A stretch of DNA of 64,000 nucleotides, taken from a virus. The notes under the pieces were generated by a model. The model was given only the letters and a program-made list of their open reading frames with translations, searched no databases and was not told the origin of the DNA. Positions 47,890-57,335 of the stretch are shown here, piece after piece (the first letter of the stretch is position 1; every line of letters starts with the position of its first letter). Location of the stretch: the IMG/VR virus record IMGVR_UViG_3300022602_000031, positions 64,001 through 128,000 of that record, one strand, 5' to 3'. Position numbers and translations under genes: made by a program.

Positions 47890-48317
47890 GTAAATATTCC
47901 CAAGGAAAATATCAAATAATTAACCCAGCCAAATACGTAGGTAACAAAAGTCCAACGTATCGGTCTAGCTGGGAGTTAGTGTTTATGCAATTCTGCGACA
48001 ACAATCCTAGCGTATTACAATGGGCTAGCGAAGCAGTACACATTAACTATCGTAATCCATTGACTGGCAAAAATACTATATATGTTCCAGACTTTTTAAT
48101 TACCTATATAGATGCTCGTGGCCAACAACACGCAGAAGTGATTGAAGTTAAACCCACAAAAGAAACTAACCTAGTTGAAGCTGGCAAAAACCCACGCAAC
48201 CAAGCCGCGGCTATACTTAATATGGCCAAATGGGAATCAGCCAAAGCCTGGTGCCAGGCACAGGGACTAAAGTTTCGTGTTGTTACGGAAAATGATATAT
48301 TCCACATGGGTCGATAG
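47886..48317 (+). CDS. gp4: Head completion nuclease (TnsA-like fold)
   Basis: NPAKY.G…YRSSWE..FM..CD.NP.V..WASE…Y.PDF…EVKP…N.AKW..A..WC…F.V.TE. Confidence 0.92.
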   Translation: MSKYSQGKYQIINPAKYVGNKSPTYRSSWELVFMQFCDNNPSVLQWASEAVHINYRNPLTGKNTIYVPDFLITYIDARGQQHAEVIEVKPTKETNLVEAGKNPRNQAAAILNMAKWESAKAWCQAQGLKFRVVTENDIFHMGR

Positions 48318-48328
48318 TTAAATACTAT

Positions 48329-48817
48329 ATGACCAAGAAATTAGAAGAACTTTTCAATCTCCCATCTGCGGATGCTACTCCAGAAGAAACTGAGCAAACT
48401 ATTGCTGAACATCGCGAACTAATTACGGATGTTGATCAGGCCATAGATAAAATTGATGCGGCTCTACCCACAGTCAATGACCTAGACACAGGTGACAATG
48501 AGCTAGATGAACTAGCTAAACTAGCACAAAGCAAAGCTGAGGATCTTATTGATTTGGGTATGAACGTTGAACCACGCTTTTCGGGTGTTATTCTACAAAC
48601 AGCTGGGGTGATGCTAGGACACGCTATTACAGCTAAAACTGCTAAACTAGACAAAAAACTAAAAATGGTACAGCTACAGTTAGCTAAAGCCAAATTAGAT
48701 CATCAAATTAAAAAAGACACTAAAGATCCAGTTGAAGAAGCTGTAGAAGGACACGGCGTTGTACTAGATCGTAATGAATTATTAAAACAGATACTCAGCA
48801 ACAAGCAGAGCAAATAA
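48329..48817 (+). CDS. Helical protein, possible terminase small subunit
   Basis: Coiled-coil-like, ends DRNELLK; located in the packaging module; assignment is positional only. Confidence 0.4.
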   Translation: MTKKLEELFNLPSADATPEETEQTIAEHRELITDVDQAIDKIDAALPTVNDLDTGDNELDELAKLAQSKAEDLIDLGMNVEPRFSGVILQTAGVMLGHAITAKTAKLDKKLKMVQLQLAKAKLDHQIKKDTKDPVEEAVEGHGVVLDRNELLKQILSNKQSK

Positions 48818-48826
48818 TGCAATCTG

Positions 48827-48834
48827 TATAAATA
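48827..48834 (+). promoter_or_regulatory. Late promoter, exact T4 consensus TATAAATA
   Basis: Exact match upstream of SD AGGA and ATG 48853. Confidence 0.75.
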
Positions 48835-48852
48835 TACAATAATAGGATTATA

Positions 48853-49440
48853 ATGATGAAACCATTCCAATCATACATTTTTGAAATTAATAAGCCATAC
48901 GAATTTCGTATTAAGATGGCAACCGTTAATCCAAGTAGTGTAATGGACCAAATTAAAAACGCACTAGATACATATCAGCTAGAAAGTGTTAGTGCTGTTA
49001 AAAGTATACCAATTCAGGAGCATCGCGAATTCCCACAATGGGGTCCTTGCGAGTGCTGGCAGTTTGATGTTAAAGTTGCTTATCCAGTAACTGTTCCACA
49101 AATCCGCCAGACATTAAAAGAACGTGCCCAGTTAAATCCAGACTGGTTAGCCGTGCGTAATCTAAATGAAGCCATTGACACCGAAGAAGCAGAAGCTCTT
49201 GGCCAAGACCATGATGGTGCTTTATTAGATGAAGAAGAATTAAAAGATGCACCAGGTGCACAAGAACTAGCAGGCCAGAGTCGCATCGGCAGTCTATTAA
49301 AAGAATTAGAATCACGTAAATTTGAATTTGCTGAAAACAGTAATGAAGCAGGCAAAACAACCAACGATGCTCCAATGAGCGATAAGAGTCCAGTTGGAAC
49401 AACACAAAATGTAGTATATCGCAAACCCAAAGGCAATTAA
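48853..49440 (+). CDS. Putative internal head/core protein
   Basis: N-terminal MKPFQSYIFE resembles the T4 capsid-targeting sequence; acidic. Confidence 0.5.
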   Translation: MMKPFQSYIFEINKPYEFRIKMATVNPSSVMDQIKNALDTYQLESVSAVKSIPIQEHREFPQWGPCECWQFDVKVAYPVTVPQIRQTLKERAQLNPDWLAVRNLNEAIDTEEAEALGQDHDGALLDEEELKDAPGAQELAGQSRIGSLLKELESRKFEFAENSNEAGKTTNDAPMSDKSPVGTTQNVVYRKPKGN

Positions 49441-49441
49441 A

Positions 49442-51268
49442 ATGAGCAAGAACCATCCACACGATAATATCTATAGCATCCTAGGCAAGTTGGAAGCACT
49501 ACAACCAACTCCACAAGAACGTCACAATGCTAAAGTACAACAGATCCGCGAAAGCGTCGAAAGTCAAGGTTCTATCCTTAAAGGTCTACGTGATGTTAGT
49601 TCAGTTGAACAACGTCTAGCTCGACAGTTTGCTGAAAGCCAAGTTAACGAAAAAGCAGTTAGCCAAGCTCAACAAAAGTTTATGGGTATGGTTCATGCCG
49701 CACAAAAAGGTGCAAAGGCCGCAAGTCCAGAAGTTGCTAAAGTTGCTAAGTCAATGGGCAAAAAAGATGCTCGTGATTTTGCCGCTACTAAGCACAAAGG
49801 TTTGCCACAGCACGTTAAAGAAAAATATGATCCAGTTAAGGCAGTTAAACAATGCGCCAAAAACTATATGGATGAATTTGGCTATGATAGTGTAAATCAA
49901 TTGGAAGCAGAAGACATTGAATCCATTGGTATGGATTGCCAAATGAATTATCAAGACGTTTGCGAAATTTTAGGTATTCAACTACCTGATAGTTTAGGTC
50001 CAGTTAAGTCATATGGTCCAAACAAACATGGCAACATTGTTGATTTTGAAGAAAGTACTTGTAATGAGTGCGGTATGTGTGAAAGCGAATGTAGTTGTGA
50101 CCATACCAACGAAGGCGAAACAAAACACAAAGACGGTGTTACTCGTCATACTAAAACAGATTATCCTGGATACCCAAGTAGTGATCTAGAAAAAGATGAC
50201 GACAGCGATGCTCCAACAAGCAAGGGCGGCAAAGGTCGCCCACGTAAAGCACAAACTAAAAAGCCACGTCCATCTGGCGAACGTGCTGGTATTACGGGTC
50301 GCCCAAAGAAAGACGCTGGCGAAAAGAGCGCAGACAATTTACCGTTCTCTAGCAAAAACAAAATAGGGCATGACCCATTTGGTCGTGTCAAATCTGGTGC
50401 TGAGAAAAAAGGTTCTAAAATCAAAGGTAAAAAGCATACTATGAGCGAAAGTATCATGGAAAGCGTTAACTTTAAACGTATGATGGAAGAACAACATATG
50501 ACTCTAGACGAAATGCTAGAGTGTATGAATACTGATATTGCTATGTTTAAAGAAAGTGGTGTATGTTCTGATCGTCTACGCGATATGATGGAAGTATACG
50601 CACACGCTAAACGTCAAATGGAAGAAACAATCGACCCAACTAATCCACGTGATTATGAAATCCCAACTGTTATGCGTAAGGCAGCTGGACAGGCTCCATT
50701 GACACGTCAAGATATCATTAACAAAGATCGCAAGCCAGAGTTTGATTATCATCAACGTGCTCACGGTACACCACATCCAGACTCATTAGATGCTGAATTA
50801 AATGAACTAGCAAAATTAGCTGGATTATCATTGGCCGACGAAGGTAATGCTTTTACAGGTAAACTAAAAGCTACACCTAAAGGTGAAAAATTTGATCTAG
50901 ACGGTAAAGAGTATACTGATACAAGTAGTCTTGATGAAGAACCAAACGAAGGTAACGCATTTGGCGCCGCAGTAGCTAAAGCCAAAGCCGATGGTATTCA
51001 ACCTGGTGAAAAAGTTGAAGTTGGTGGCAAAGAGTATCCAGTTAAAGAAGGTACCATTGAAGTTGATGACGCTGGTGCAAATCCAGTAAACAAGCCAAAG
51101 CCAAAGTATGGCAATATCAAGCAAATTAAATCACAAGGTGATGATTTAAACCGTGAAAAGAAACAAGACCCACGTACAGCAAACCGTGCCGCTAACCCAT
51201 TAACTAATGTTCCAACATTAGAAGCTCGTTTGGCAGCCGAGTACGAGAGTATTAAAAAATCAGCCTAA
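49442..51268 (+). CDS. Highly charged putative internal head protein with DUF3008-like, AT-hook-like and Cys-rich segments
   Basis: KAVSQAQQKFMGMV…DFAATKHKGLP; GRPRK and GRPKK; CNECGMCESECSC; ELAKLAGL. Confidence 0.6.
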   Translation: MSKNHPHDNIYSILGKLEALQPTPQERHNAKVQQIRESVESQGSILKGLRDVSSVEQRLARQFAESQVNEKAVSQAQQKFMGMVHAAQKGAKAASPEVAKVAKSMGKKDARDFAATKHKGLPQHVKEKYDPVKAVKQCAKNYMDEFGYDSVNQLEAEDIESIGMDCQMNYQDVCEILGIQLPDSLGPVKSYGPNKHGNIVDFEESTCNECGMCESECSCDHTNEGETKHKDGVTRHTKTDYPGYPSSDLEKDDDSDAPTSKGGKGRPRKAQTKKPRPSGERAGITGRPKKDAGEKSADNLPFSSKNKIGHDPFGRVKSGAEKKGSKIKGKKHTMSESIMESVNFKRMMEEQHMTLDEMLECMNTDIAMFKESGVCSDRLRDMMEVYAHAKRQMEETIDPTNPRDYEIPTVMRKAAGQAPLTRQDIINKDRKPEFDYHQRAHGTPHPDSLDAELNELAKLAGLSLADEGNAFTGKLKATPKGEKFDLDGKEYTDTSSLDEEPNEGNAFGAAVAKAKADGIQPGEKVEVGGKEYPVKEGTIEVDDAGANPVNKPKPKYGNIKQIKSQGDDLNREKKQDPRTANRAANPLTNVPTLEARLAAEYESIKKSA

Positions 51269-51630
51269 TGAAAATAACTGAAATTATTTCTGAAAGCACT
51301 ATCCCGGACGATCAGTTATCTGCCGCGCCCGGGATGAAGGTTCACCCAGAACTACAAAGTTCAGATCCATATATGGCATTTAAGTTTGGTATTAATTTAG
51401 CCGCTAGTCCGTTTACAGATCAAAAGGCTGATTTAGATGGACCAGTTGGACAGCAATTAATTACTGTAGCCTATACTGACGCCTGTGAAAAAATAATCGA
51501 TGCCGCTGAAAAAGCGCACGGAACACAGAGCAAACGTATAAATCCGCGTGGTAGTCAAGAAAATCCTGATGTACATAAAGTTAGTCCACATCGTACAGTC
51601 GGCGCAATTACCCTTATTAAGAAAAAATGA
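51268..51630 (+). CDS. Putative internal head protein
   Basis: Starts MKITEIISE; TAATG-coupled to the upstream gene. Confidence 0.5.
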   Translation: MKITEIISESTIPDDQLSAAPGMKVHPELQSSDPYMAFKFGINLAASPFTDQKADLDGPVGQQLITVAYTDACEKIIDAAEKAHGTQSKRINPRGSQENPDVHKVSPHRTVGAITLIKKK

Positions 51631-52016
51631 AAGAATATCGCATAACCAGCGCAAACTTTGTATTGCCTGGTGAAACCGGTGACACCGATGCGGTTATGGA
51701 CTCTCACGATTTAGCTGAGATCAAACGTCTAGCAGGTATTACAGGACTGTTAGAATCTGGCGCCGGAATGTATGCTGGAGTTGATGTACCACAGGCCAGC
51801 GAAGAAGGTATTATGAGTCCAATGGGCAGTAATATCAGTGTTACAGCACAAGAGCGCAACGAACTATTAAAAGAATATCACGCACAACCAGGCACTGATT
51901 TATGGTTCCTGATTAACTTTACCCGTCCGTACCTAAACGGAAGCCTGAGAGCTCACGTGGAAGCGTATTTAAAGGAACATCCTGAATATCGCCCACAGAA
52001 ATATCCGGGTTCTTAA
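51627..52016 (+). CDS. Hypothetical protein with EIKRLAGI motif
   Basis: ATGA-coupled; carries the scaffold-like LAG[IL] motif. Confidence 0.6.
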   Translation: MKEYRITSANFVLPGETGDTDAVMDSHDLAEIKRLAGITGLLESGAGMYAGVDVPQASEEGIMSPMGSNISVTAQERNELLKEYHAQPGTDLWFLINFTRPYLNGSLRAHVEAYLKEHPEYRPQKYPGS

Positions 52017-52524
52017 TTCCAAGATAATTATACCAACTAGCATTAGGCACAGTAATGGGCCTATGTCGCCACTTATTGGCCAGACTATAGTAGTCGGGTT
52101 TATAAGGTTTACGCAACGGTCTATGCAGTTTGCTACCTTTAGACCAATTACAAGGTTTACAACAAGTAACAGTATTTTCCCAATTGGTTTTACCGCCAGC
52201 CATACGAGGAATAACGTGATCAATAGTTAGGTCGTGATGATCAAATACTTCATTACAATATTGACAGGTGTATAGATCGCGTAAGTATAAGTTACTACGA
52301 CTAAACTTAACTGCTTTTTTGTAGTTAAAGTATTCTTTGGTTACGCACACGCTTGGTACAGGTATTTCTAACTTTTCGCTACGTACAACCCAATTGTCGT
52401 AGGTTTCAAGAATAGAAACTCGTTCTAAGAAGTATAATTTGATAGCGTGTTGCCAACTAACGACACTTAAAGGAAGTACGCTAATTGGCTCGTAATTTTG
52501 ATTTAACAGTAATGTGTTTGACAT
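51919..52524 (-). CDS. HNH endonuclease
   Basis: RDLYTCQYC…LTIDHVIPR..GG.T.WEN.VTCCKPCN..KG. Confidence 0.92.
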   Translation of the reverse strand: MSNTLLLNQNYEPISVLPLSVVSWQHAIKLYFLERVSILETYDNWVVRSEKLEIPVPSVCVTKEYFNYKKAVKFSRSNLYLRDLYTCQYCNEVFDHHDLTIDHVIPRMAGGKTNWENTVTCCKPCNWSKGSKLHRPLRKPYKPDYYSLANKWRHRPITVPNASWYNYLGIKNPDISVGDIQDVPLNTLPRELSGFRLGTDG

Positions 52525-52537
52525 TAAATATATTTAA
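52524..52537. promoter_or_regulatory. Palindromic bidirectional late promoter TTAAATATATTTAA
   Basis: Perfect 14-bp palindrome carrying TAAATA on both strands in the 15-bp gap between divergent ATGs. Confidence 0.6.
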
Positions 52538-52539
52538 CT

Positions 52540-54102
52540 ATGAGTAAAGAACTAGAAACAGCAATTATTAAGGCACCCTATAAACGGATGTCTTATACCG
52601 AAGAACAAATACTAGAAATAGCTAGGTGCGCCGATCCTATAACCGGCCCCCAACATTTTTTAGATCATTATTTCTTTATACAACACCCAACTAAAGGTGC
52701 GATTCAATATCACCCTTTTGAGTACCAAGAGCGACTCATTGAATCATATCACAATTATAGATTCTCTATAAGCCTAATGCCTAGACAAACGGGCAAATCA
52801 ACTACAGCCGCTGGCTACTTATTATGGTATGCTATGTTTGTTCCTGACAGTACTATTTTAGTGGCCGCACACAAGTATTTAGGCGCACAGGAAATCATGC
52901 AACGTGTTCGGTACGCCTACGAAAACTGTCCTGACTTTATTAGAGCAGGTGTAACTAGTTATAACAAAGGATCGTTAGACTTTGAAAACGGAAGTCGTAT
53001 CGTAAGTCAGACAACAACAGAAAACACAGGTCGTGGTATGTCCATATCACTACTATACTGTGACGAGTTTGCGTTCGTTCGACCAACTATTGCTAGTGAA
53101 TTCTGGACTTCTATTACACCTACACTAGCAACTGGTGGTAAATGTATTATTACATCAACACCAAATTCAGACGAAGATCAGTTTGCGCAGATCTGGCGTG
53201 GTGCCAACAAGACACTGGATATGAATGGCAACGAAACAGAACTAGGTATTAATGGATTTAAAGCATTCCGTAGCCGTTGGGAAGAACATCCAGAGCGTGA
53301 TGAATTTTGGGCCGCACAGATGCGAGCACAGTTAGGCGAAGAACGTTTCCGCCGCGAGATGGAATGTGAATTCATTATCTATGATGAAACATTAATCAAC
53401 CCATTGAAATTAGTTGAGATGGCCGGTATTGACCCAGTAGAACGACAAGGGCAGGTGCGTTGGTATAAAAAGCCAGCTAAAGATCATACTTACTTTATTG
53501 CATTGGATCCAAGTTTGGGCACTGGTGGAGACCCAAGTGCTATACAGGTATTTGAAATGCCAGGATGTAAACAGGTAGCTGAATGGTGTGATAATAAAAC
53601 TCCAGTACAACGTCAGGTACGTATCTTACAAGAAATTTGTAGTTACATATCAGATAGTATTGGTACACAAAATAACATTTACTATTCTGTAGAAAACAAT
53701 ACATTAGGCGAAGCCGCATTAGTAGCCATCGCTGAAATTGGTGAAGAAAACTACAAGGGTATATTTTTAAGTGAACCAGCACGTACTGGAAATGTACGTA
53801 GATACCGTAAAGGGTTTAATACATCACAGAAAGTAAAATTAACTGCCTGTAGTAAGCTAAAAAGTCTAGTAGAAACTAATCGTATGTTTCTTGCTAGTAA
53901 AGCACTAATTAGCGAGTTAAAAACCTTTGTTGCTAGCGGAAACAGCTATGCGGCTAAATTGGGCGAGCACGATGACTTGGTTATGTCTACTATTCTTGCT
54001 ATTAGAATGATGCAAACCCTACAAAATTACGACGCCGCGCTAGACGCTGAAATTAAGGACGCTAACGAGTTCATTGAGCCTATGCCATTCATAATGATCT
54101 GA
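52540..54102 (+). CDS. gp17: Terminase large subunit
   Basis: PRQTGKST Walker A, LLYCDEFAF Walker B, ITSTP motif III, IALDPS nuclease motif, HDDLVM. Confidence 0.97.
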   Translation: MSKELETAIIKAPYKRMSYTEEQILEIARCADPITGPQHFLDHYFFIQHPTKGAIQYHPFEYQERLIESYHNYRFSISLMPRQTGKSTTAAGYLLWYAMFVPDSTILVAAHKYLGAQEIMQRVRYAYENCPDFIRAGVTSYNKGSLDFENGSRIVSQTTTENTGRGMSISLLYCDEFAFVRPTIASEFWTSITPTLATGGKCIITSTPNSDEDQFAQIWRGANKTLDMNGNETELGINGFKAFRSRWEEHPERDEFWAAQMRAQLGEERFRREMECEFIIYDETLINPLKLVEMAGIDPVERQGQVRWYKKPAKDHTYFIALDPSLGTGGDPSAIQVFEMPGCKQVAEWCDNKTPVQRQVRILQEICSYISDSIGTQNNIYYSVENNTLGEAALVAIAEIGEENYKGIFLSEPARTGNVRRYRKGFNTSQKVKLTACSKLKSLVETNRMFLASKALISELKTFVASGNSYAAKLGEHDDLVMSTILAIRMMQTLQNYDAALDAEIKDANEFIEPMPFIMI

Positions 54103-54108
54103 TAAATA
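54103..54108 (+). promoter_or_regulatory. Late promoter core TAAATA, leaderless geometry
   Basis: GATAAATA-GTTTT-ATG 54114. Confidence 0.62.
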
Positions 54109-54113
54109 GTTTT

Positions 54114-55571
54114 ATGTCTAAAGAAATTGAATCTATATCCGCCGCACTATTTGATAAAATACGTTCACGCTTTACTAATGTAACGCTGGGCGACGAAAAC
54201 GCCAAGGCTGAAACAGATCCTGAGAAGGCTCGCTTTTTTAACTTTGTATATACCTCCGAAGACGGTGCTGAATTTGGCAACGTAACTATTAGTCTAATCG
54301 ATGAAACCAGTTTAAAAGTATACTATGGCACAAATATATCTGGCGAAATGGACCGCGAACAACGCAAAACTTGGTATGAATTTTTACGTAATCTAAGACT
54401 ATTTGCCAAACGCAATTTACTTACATTCGACACACGAGATATTAATAAATCAAATCTAGATCTTAACGACGTTAAACAACAGGCTAAATCCGACAATGTT
54501 TATTCCACTGATGAAATGCCAGTGACAGAAAGTCGTATTAATTACAGTGGCTCAAGCCGTCATAGCTATGCTCACGTTGGCGAATGTAAATTAATTATTC
54601 GCCATACAGGAGCAGTAGACGAAGATGTGCAAGGCGCCCGCACAAGACATATACAAGAAATATTTGTTGAAACACACCGCGGCGAAAGATTCTTATTAAA
54701 CCACACTAACCTACACGGCGCCGTAGCAATGGCTAACCATTTAAGCGAAGGTGGCACACCTTATGATGAAATAGCTGAAAGCATTGACAATATGGTTTAT
54801 GAAATGAACTGTATGCGTCATTTTGTACGTAGCTCAAAGCGTCGCCAATTTGAAGATCAAGAAACTGTTGATATGACACAGGCGGCCATTGATCACTATG
54901 AAAATTTAAAAAGTCGTTTAAAACATTTACGCAGTAAACGTTATTATGATCAGTATGTTAAAGAGTTTACTCCAGCTGAAAATATCGAAGATGGCTTTGA
55001 CGCTGACGCACTCAAAGAACGTTTTGTTAAAAAGATCTATGACAGTCGTTTTGATGAAGCATTGCCAATTGTCTATCGTGAATACAAGCGTCGCCAAAAT
55101 AGTCTAAGCAGTGAACTAGAAGAGTGGGCCGAAGATGTGACAGAGTCTACTTGGACTAAGCCAGACAACAAAGAAAAAATTGAAGCACTACGTGAAATAT
55201 TAAAAACACCATTACTAGTTGGTATCGACGGAATTGATGCTACTGCTAAAATAGAACCTATCATTGGCAGTGATGAATTAAATGACAAAATTGAAGCATT
55301 GGCTGGCCCCGAAGGCCAAGGACCCGACGCCGACGCACGTGGACTAGTTAAAGAGTGGCTAGTACAAAATATGCCACAACTATTACGTGATTTAGAAGTA
55401 GGCGAAAAAAATGTAGCCGACGCCCAAACCAATTGGGCACAACCTGTAAGCCCACAACAATCAAACGATAACGAATATGGTAGCCAACCAAATCATCCTA
55501 ATGTCAGTAATATGACCATGGAAGACACTGACAGTTTGGACTTTATTCGCAGTCTTGCTGGCATTCGCTAA
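54114..55571 (+). CDS. Conserved hypothetical, probable head/core protein
   Basis: Acidic 485-aa ORF ending FIRSLAGIR, like the scaffold C-terminus. Confidence 0.6.
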   Translation: MSKEIESISAALFDKIRSRFTNVTLGDENAKAETDPEKARFFNFVYTSEDGAEFGNVTISLIDETSLKVYYGTNISGEMDREQRKTWYEFLRNLRLFAKRNLLTFDTRDINKSNLDLNDVKQQAKSDNVYSTDEMPVTESRINYSGSSRHSYAHVGECKLIIRHTGAVDEDVQGARTRHIQEIFVETHRGERFLLNHTNLHGAVAMANHLSEGGTPYDEIAESIDNMVYEMNCMRHFVRSSKRRQFEDQETVDMTQAAIDHYENLKSRLKHLRSKRYYDQYVKEFTPAENIEDGFDADALKERFVKKIYDSRFDEALPIVYREYKRRQNSLSSELEEWAEDVTESTWTKPDNKEKIEALREILKTPLLVGIDGIDATAKIEPIIGSDELNDKIEALAGPEGQGPDADARGLVKEWLVQNMPQLLRDLEVGEKNVADAQTNWAQPVSPQQSNDNEYGSQPNHPNVSNMTMEDTDSLDFIRSLAGIR

Positions 55572-55582
55572 TAAGTATATGC

Positions 55583-56596
55583 ATGGAAATAATCAAAGCC
55601 ACTAATGGCTTTCCTTATGCTTGGAAAGCGGGCCGTGTTGAACGACTTATACGCAGTATACTAGAAACCAAAGCCCAAGAACAACTTAATGTCAATCGTG
55701 TAATGATTGTCAATCCAACCTGGCTACACGAAACTAATCTAGCCGAAGACATCCAAAATACCCGTCCAGATTTTATTATCTGTCATAACTTTGTAGATCC
55801 TGCTGTACCAAAAATATTTGAAGCAATACAAAACAGTGGCGTGCCGTACATTATACTAGGTAACAGTGAGCAATATCGTTTAGACTTTTGGGCAATGGTC
55901 TGTGACTTTTATTTTCAAGACTATACCGAGCAAGATGTAGAAGTACAGTCCGGCGCACGTAAATTTATCTGCTTAAATCGTAAACCACACCCACATCGTG
56001 TAGCACTAGTCAATCAATTATTACCATTGAAAGATTTGGGCTACATAAGTTTAGGTACACCGGGTAGCCCTATTACTATCGAAGAAGAATTCAGCGACGA
56101 TCAAGGCATCCGCGACGAATATCAAAATTTAGGTGTCGAACGTTTTGTAAGCAATCAAATACGCAATGATATTTTTAGTCTCGGCAGTCTTGAAGTATGG
56201 CGTCGTAGTTTCTTATGCTTAGTAACAGAAACAGAATTCAGTAATGCTAATCCTGGCAATTTTTTTACCAGCGAAAAAACATTTAAACCTATTATAGGTA
56301 TGCGACCATTTTTTATATATGGGCAACCACAGTTACGTGCTTATTTAAAAGCCGAAGGGTTTGACATATTTGAAGATATATTTGATTACAGTATAGTAAA
56401 CAATTCTGCCGCAGATCCTATGCAACAGCAACAGTACGCACAGGTAGCAATAAACGCTATTACACAACTTGGCGACCCAGTGGAATTGTATCGCCGGCAT
56501 TTTTATCGATTCCAACAAAACAAAGCTAGATTTCATACTTACGTATACAAACAATGGCAACGACTCAATGAACTTGATCTACGACAATTTATTTGA
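55583..56596 (+). CDS. Putative GT-B glycosyltransferase (GT10-like)
   Basis: RKFICLNRKPHPHR, LVTETE…SEKTFKPI..MRPF..YG…L..EGF…FDYS. Confidence 0.55.
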   Translation: MEIIKATNGFPYAWKAGRVERLIRSILETKAQEQLNVNRVMIVNPTWLHETNLAEDIQNTRPDFIICHNFVDPAVPKIFEAIQNSGVPYIILGNSEQYRLDFWAMVCDFYFQDYTEQDVEVQSGARKFICLNRKPHPHRVALVNQLLPLKDLGYISLGTPGSPITIEEEFSDDQGIRDEYQNLGVERFVSNQIRNDIFSLGSLEVWRRSFLCLVTETEFSNANPGNFFTSEKTFKPIIGMRPFFIYGQPQLRAYLKAEGFDIFEDIFDYSIVNNSAADPMQQQQYAQVAINAITQLGDPVELYRRHFYRFQQNKARFHTYVYKQWQRLNELDLRQFI

Positions 56597-57335
56597 TGTC
56601 CCACAGTGGAGTCTTGTTAACAATCCTTTTTATCAGTATGACCGCGGAAGTCAACATACTCTAATCACTGTTGGTGATTCGTGGACCTGGGGTGATAGTC
56701 TGGGTAAAACCAAAGTGCGAAATCAAATCGATGACGAAGCATATAGACTCAAACACGTGTATGGAAATATTGTCAGCGAACAACTTGGGTATAATTGGGC
56801 TAATTTGGCGTTACCTGGTGCTAGTAATGCTAGAGTGCTCAATTGGTTGTTTCGATATCTCGATAGGCTAATAAACGAAGACGTTACCTGTGTAATAACA
56901 TTAACAGAATCAGGGCGCCACGAAGAACTTAGATTTGTTGACTACACACGTACACAACAGCAAACATTAGAAATCATACTAGATCATACCTACGATCGTA
57001 TTGCCATAATGCAGGCTAAATTTCCTAGTATTAAATTTATTGTAGCACATAACTTTACAGACAGTCGCCCGTCCACAATTCCCATACTTGAAAAATCTTG
57101 GCTGGAAGTGTTGTTAAACAAACAGATTCAAAAAGACACGCACATTGTTGTGTCAGAACACATTGAACAAATGAATTACGATCGGTGGTATGCTGATGTT
57201 GCTGAAATTGTAGATAGAGCCAATGATAGAATTGATTTGTTGGACAGTTGCGATTATTGTAATACTGGTGATACAAGACACCCCAATGAACAAGGCCACA
57301 ATTTGTGGGCCAACTACTTATTAACACAATTATGA
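56568..57335 (+). CDS. SGNH-fold protein (probable start ATG 56568)
   Basis: VGDSWTWG, NLALPGASN, DTRHPNEQGH; paralogue of 3379. Confidence 0.8.
   Translation: MNLIYDNLFDVPQWSLVNNPFYQYDRGSQHTLITVGDSWTWGDSLGKTKVRNQIDDEAYRLKHVYGNIVSEQLGYNWANLALPGASNARVLNWLFRYLDRLINEDVTCVITLTESGRHEELRFVDYTRTQQQTLEIILDHTYDRIAIMQAKFPSIKFIVAHNFTDSRPSTIPILEKSWLEVLLNKQIQKDTHIVVSEHIEQMNYDRWYADVAEIVDRANDRIDLLDSCDYCNTGDTRHPNEQGHNLWANYLLTQL

Noticed and set aside
51919-52016. 98-bp convergent overlap of HNH with 51627..52016 as a functional dual-coding element
   Set aside because: The HNH motifs end well before the overlap. The extra C-terminal residues look like a run-on past a lost stop codon.
41564-54102. Intein or intron in the sheath or terminase
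   Set aside because: No C/S…HN-C/S/T splice motifs or LAGLIDADG blocks. The terminase is normal length with contiguous motifs.
33849-57335. Extended ORF-track starts (34298, 36876, 56469, 57305)
   Set aside because: Downstream ATGs (34280, 36825, 56568, 57332) give TAATG/ATGA coupling, an SD or a shorter overlap with the upstream gene.
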